Origin: Candidatus Limnocylindrus sp.
GTDB lineage: Bacteria > Chloroflexota > Limnocylindria > Limnocylindrales > Limnocylindraceae
Assembly (NCBI GenBank): GCA_040397175.1
Contig: JBBAWM010000004.1
Location: 109,773 to 125,848 of the forward strand
Direction of reading: 5' to 3'
Length of the DNA stretch: 16,076 bases
The notes under the pieces are model-generated. The model ran no database searches, was not told where the DNA came from, and worked only from the letters and a program-made list of their open reading frames with translations. The translations under genes and the position numbers were made by a program. Below are positions 15,888-16,076 of the stretch, piece by piece. Within the stretch, counting starts at the first letter, position 1, and each line of letters opens with the position of its first letter.

Positions 15888-16076
15888 TCACGCCGACATG
15901 AAGCGCCTACTCGCCGAGCGCCTGATCGCCCAGTACGCCCCCGCCCGCGAGCGCTACAACGAGCTCCTTGCCCTACCGCACGAAGTGGACAACATCCTCG
16001 GCGACGGTGCCGCCCGCCTCTTGCCCATCGTCACCGAGACGATGCGTGAGGTGAAGGAGAAGGTTGGGTTGGCGTA
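15880..16076 (+). pseudogene. trpS: Second, diverged trpS 3' fragment / mini-ORF; probable stop TA(A/G) cut by the window edge
   Basis: ATG at 15880 gives MTNHADMKRLLAERLIAQYAPARERYNELLALPHEVDNILGDGAARLLPIVTETMREVKEKVGLA. Hand count is 18 differences in 186 nt vs the trpS end, with only H>Q and I>V nonsynonymous. Confidence 0.88.

Larger units (their letters stand above)
12993..16076 (+). repeat. Tandem repeat with period 1449 bp: unit 1 12993-14441, unit 2 14442-15890, partial and diverged unit 3 15891-16076
   Basis: cgccgacatgaagcgcct begins at 12993, 14442 and 15891. All six-frame ORFs of unit 1 recur identically at +1449. Confidence 0.97.

Noticed and set aside
12993-16076. CRISPR array, IS/composite transposon or classical integron as an explanation of the repeats
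   Set aside because: The repeats are ~187-bp coding fragments of trpS. There are no short repeat-spacer units, transposase, inverted repeats, attC-like palindromes or integrase in the window.

Overview
High-GC bacterial window, probably a monoderm lineage such as Chloroflexota or Actinomycetota (inferred only from leaderless -10 promoters, a lipoprotein and a sortase-type C-terminus). Left to right: the 5' part of homoserine dehydrogenase (hom, minus strand); a tightly coupled three-gene minus-strand operon of a vWA/MIDAS lipoprotein, a 1145-aa tubulin/FtsZ-like (Tubulin_2/FtsZl1-type) GTPase and a 1155-aa polytopic membrane protein; a divergently transcribed trypsin-like protease with an EF-hand-like loop; a secreted beta-propeller protein with an LPPTS sorting signal; and trpS. 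After trpS comes a 1449-bp-period array: a WsaF-like glycosyltransferase occurs twice, each copy bracketed by copies of the last ~187 bp of trpS. The three trpS 3' ends are different alleles. The two downstream copies are open as 65-codon mini-ORFs that start inside the stop region of the preceding gene. The two most notable features are this trpS-3'-end-anchored cassette array and the vWA/tubulin-like/membrane protein/protease locus.
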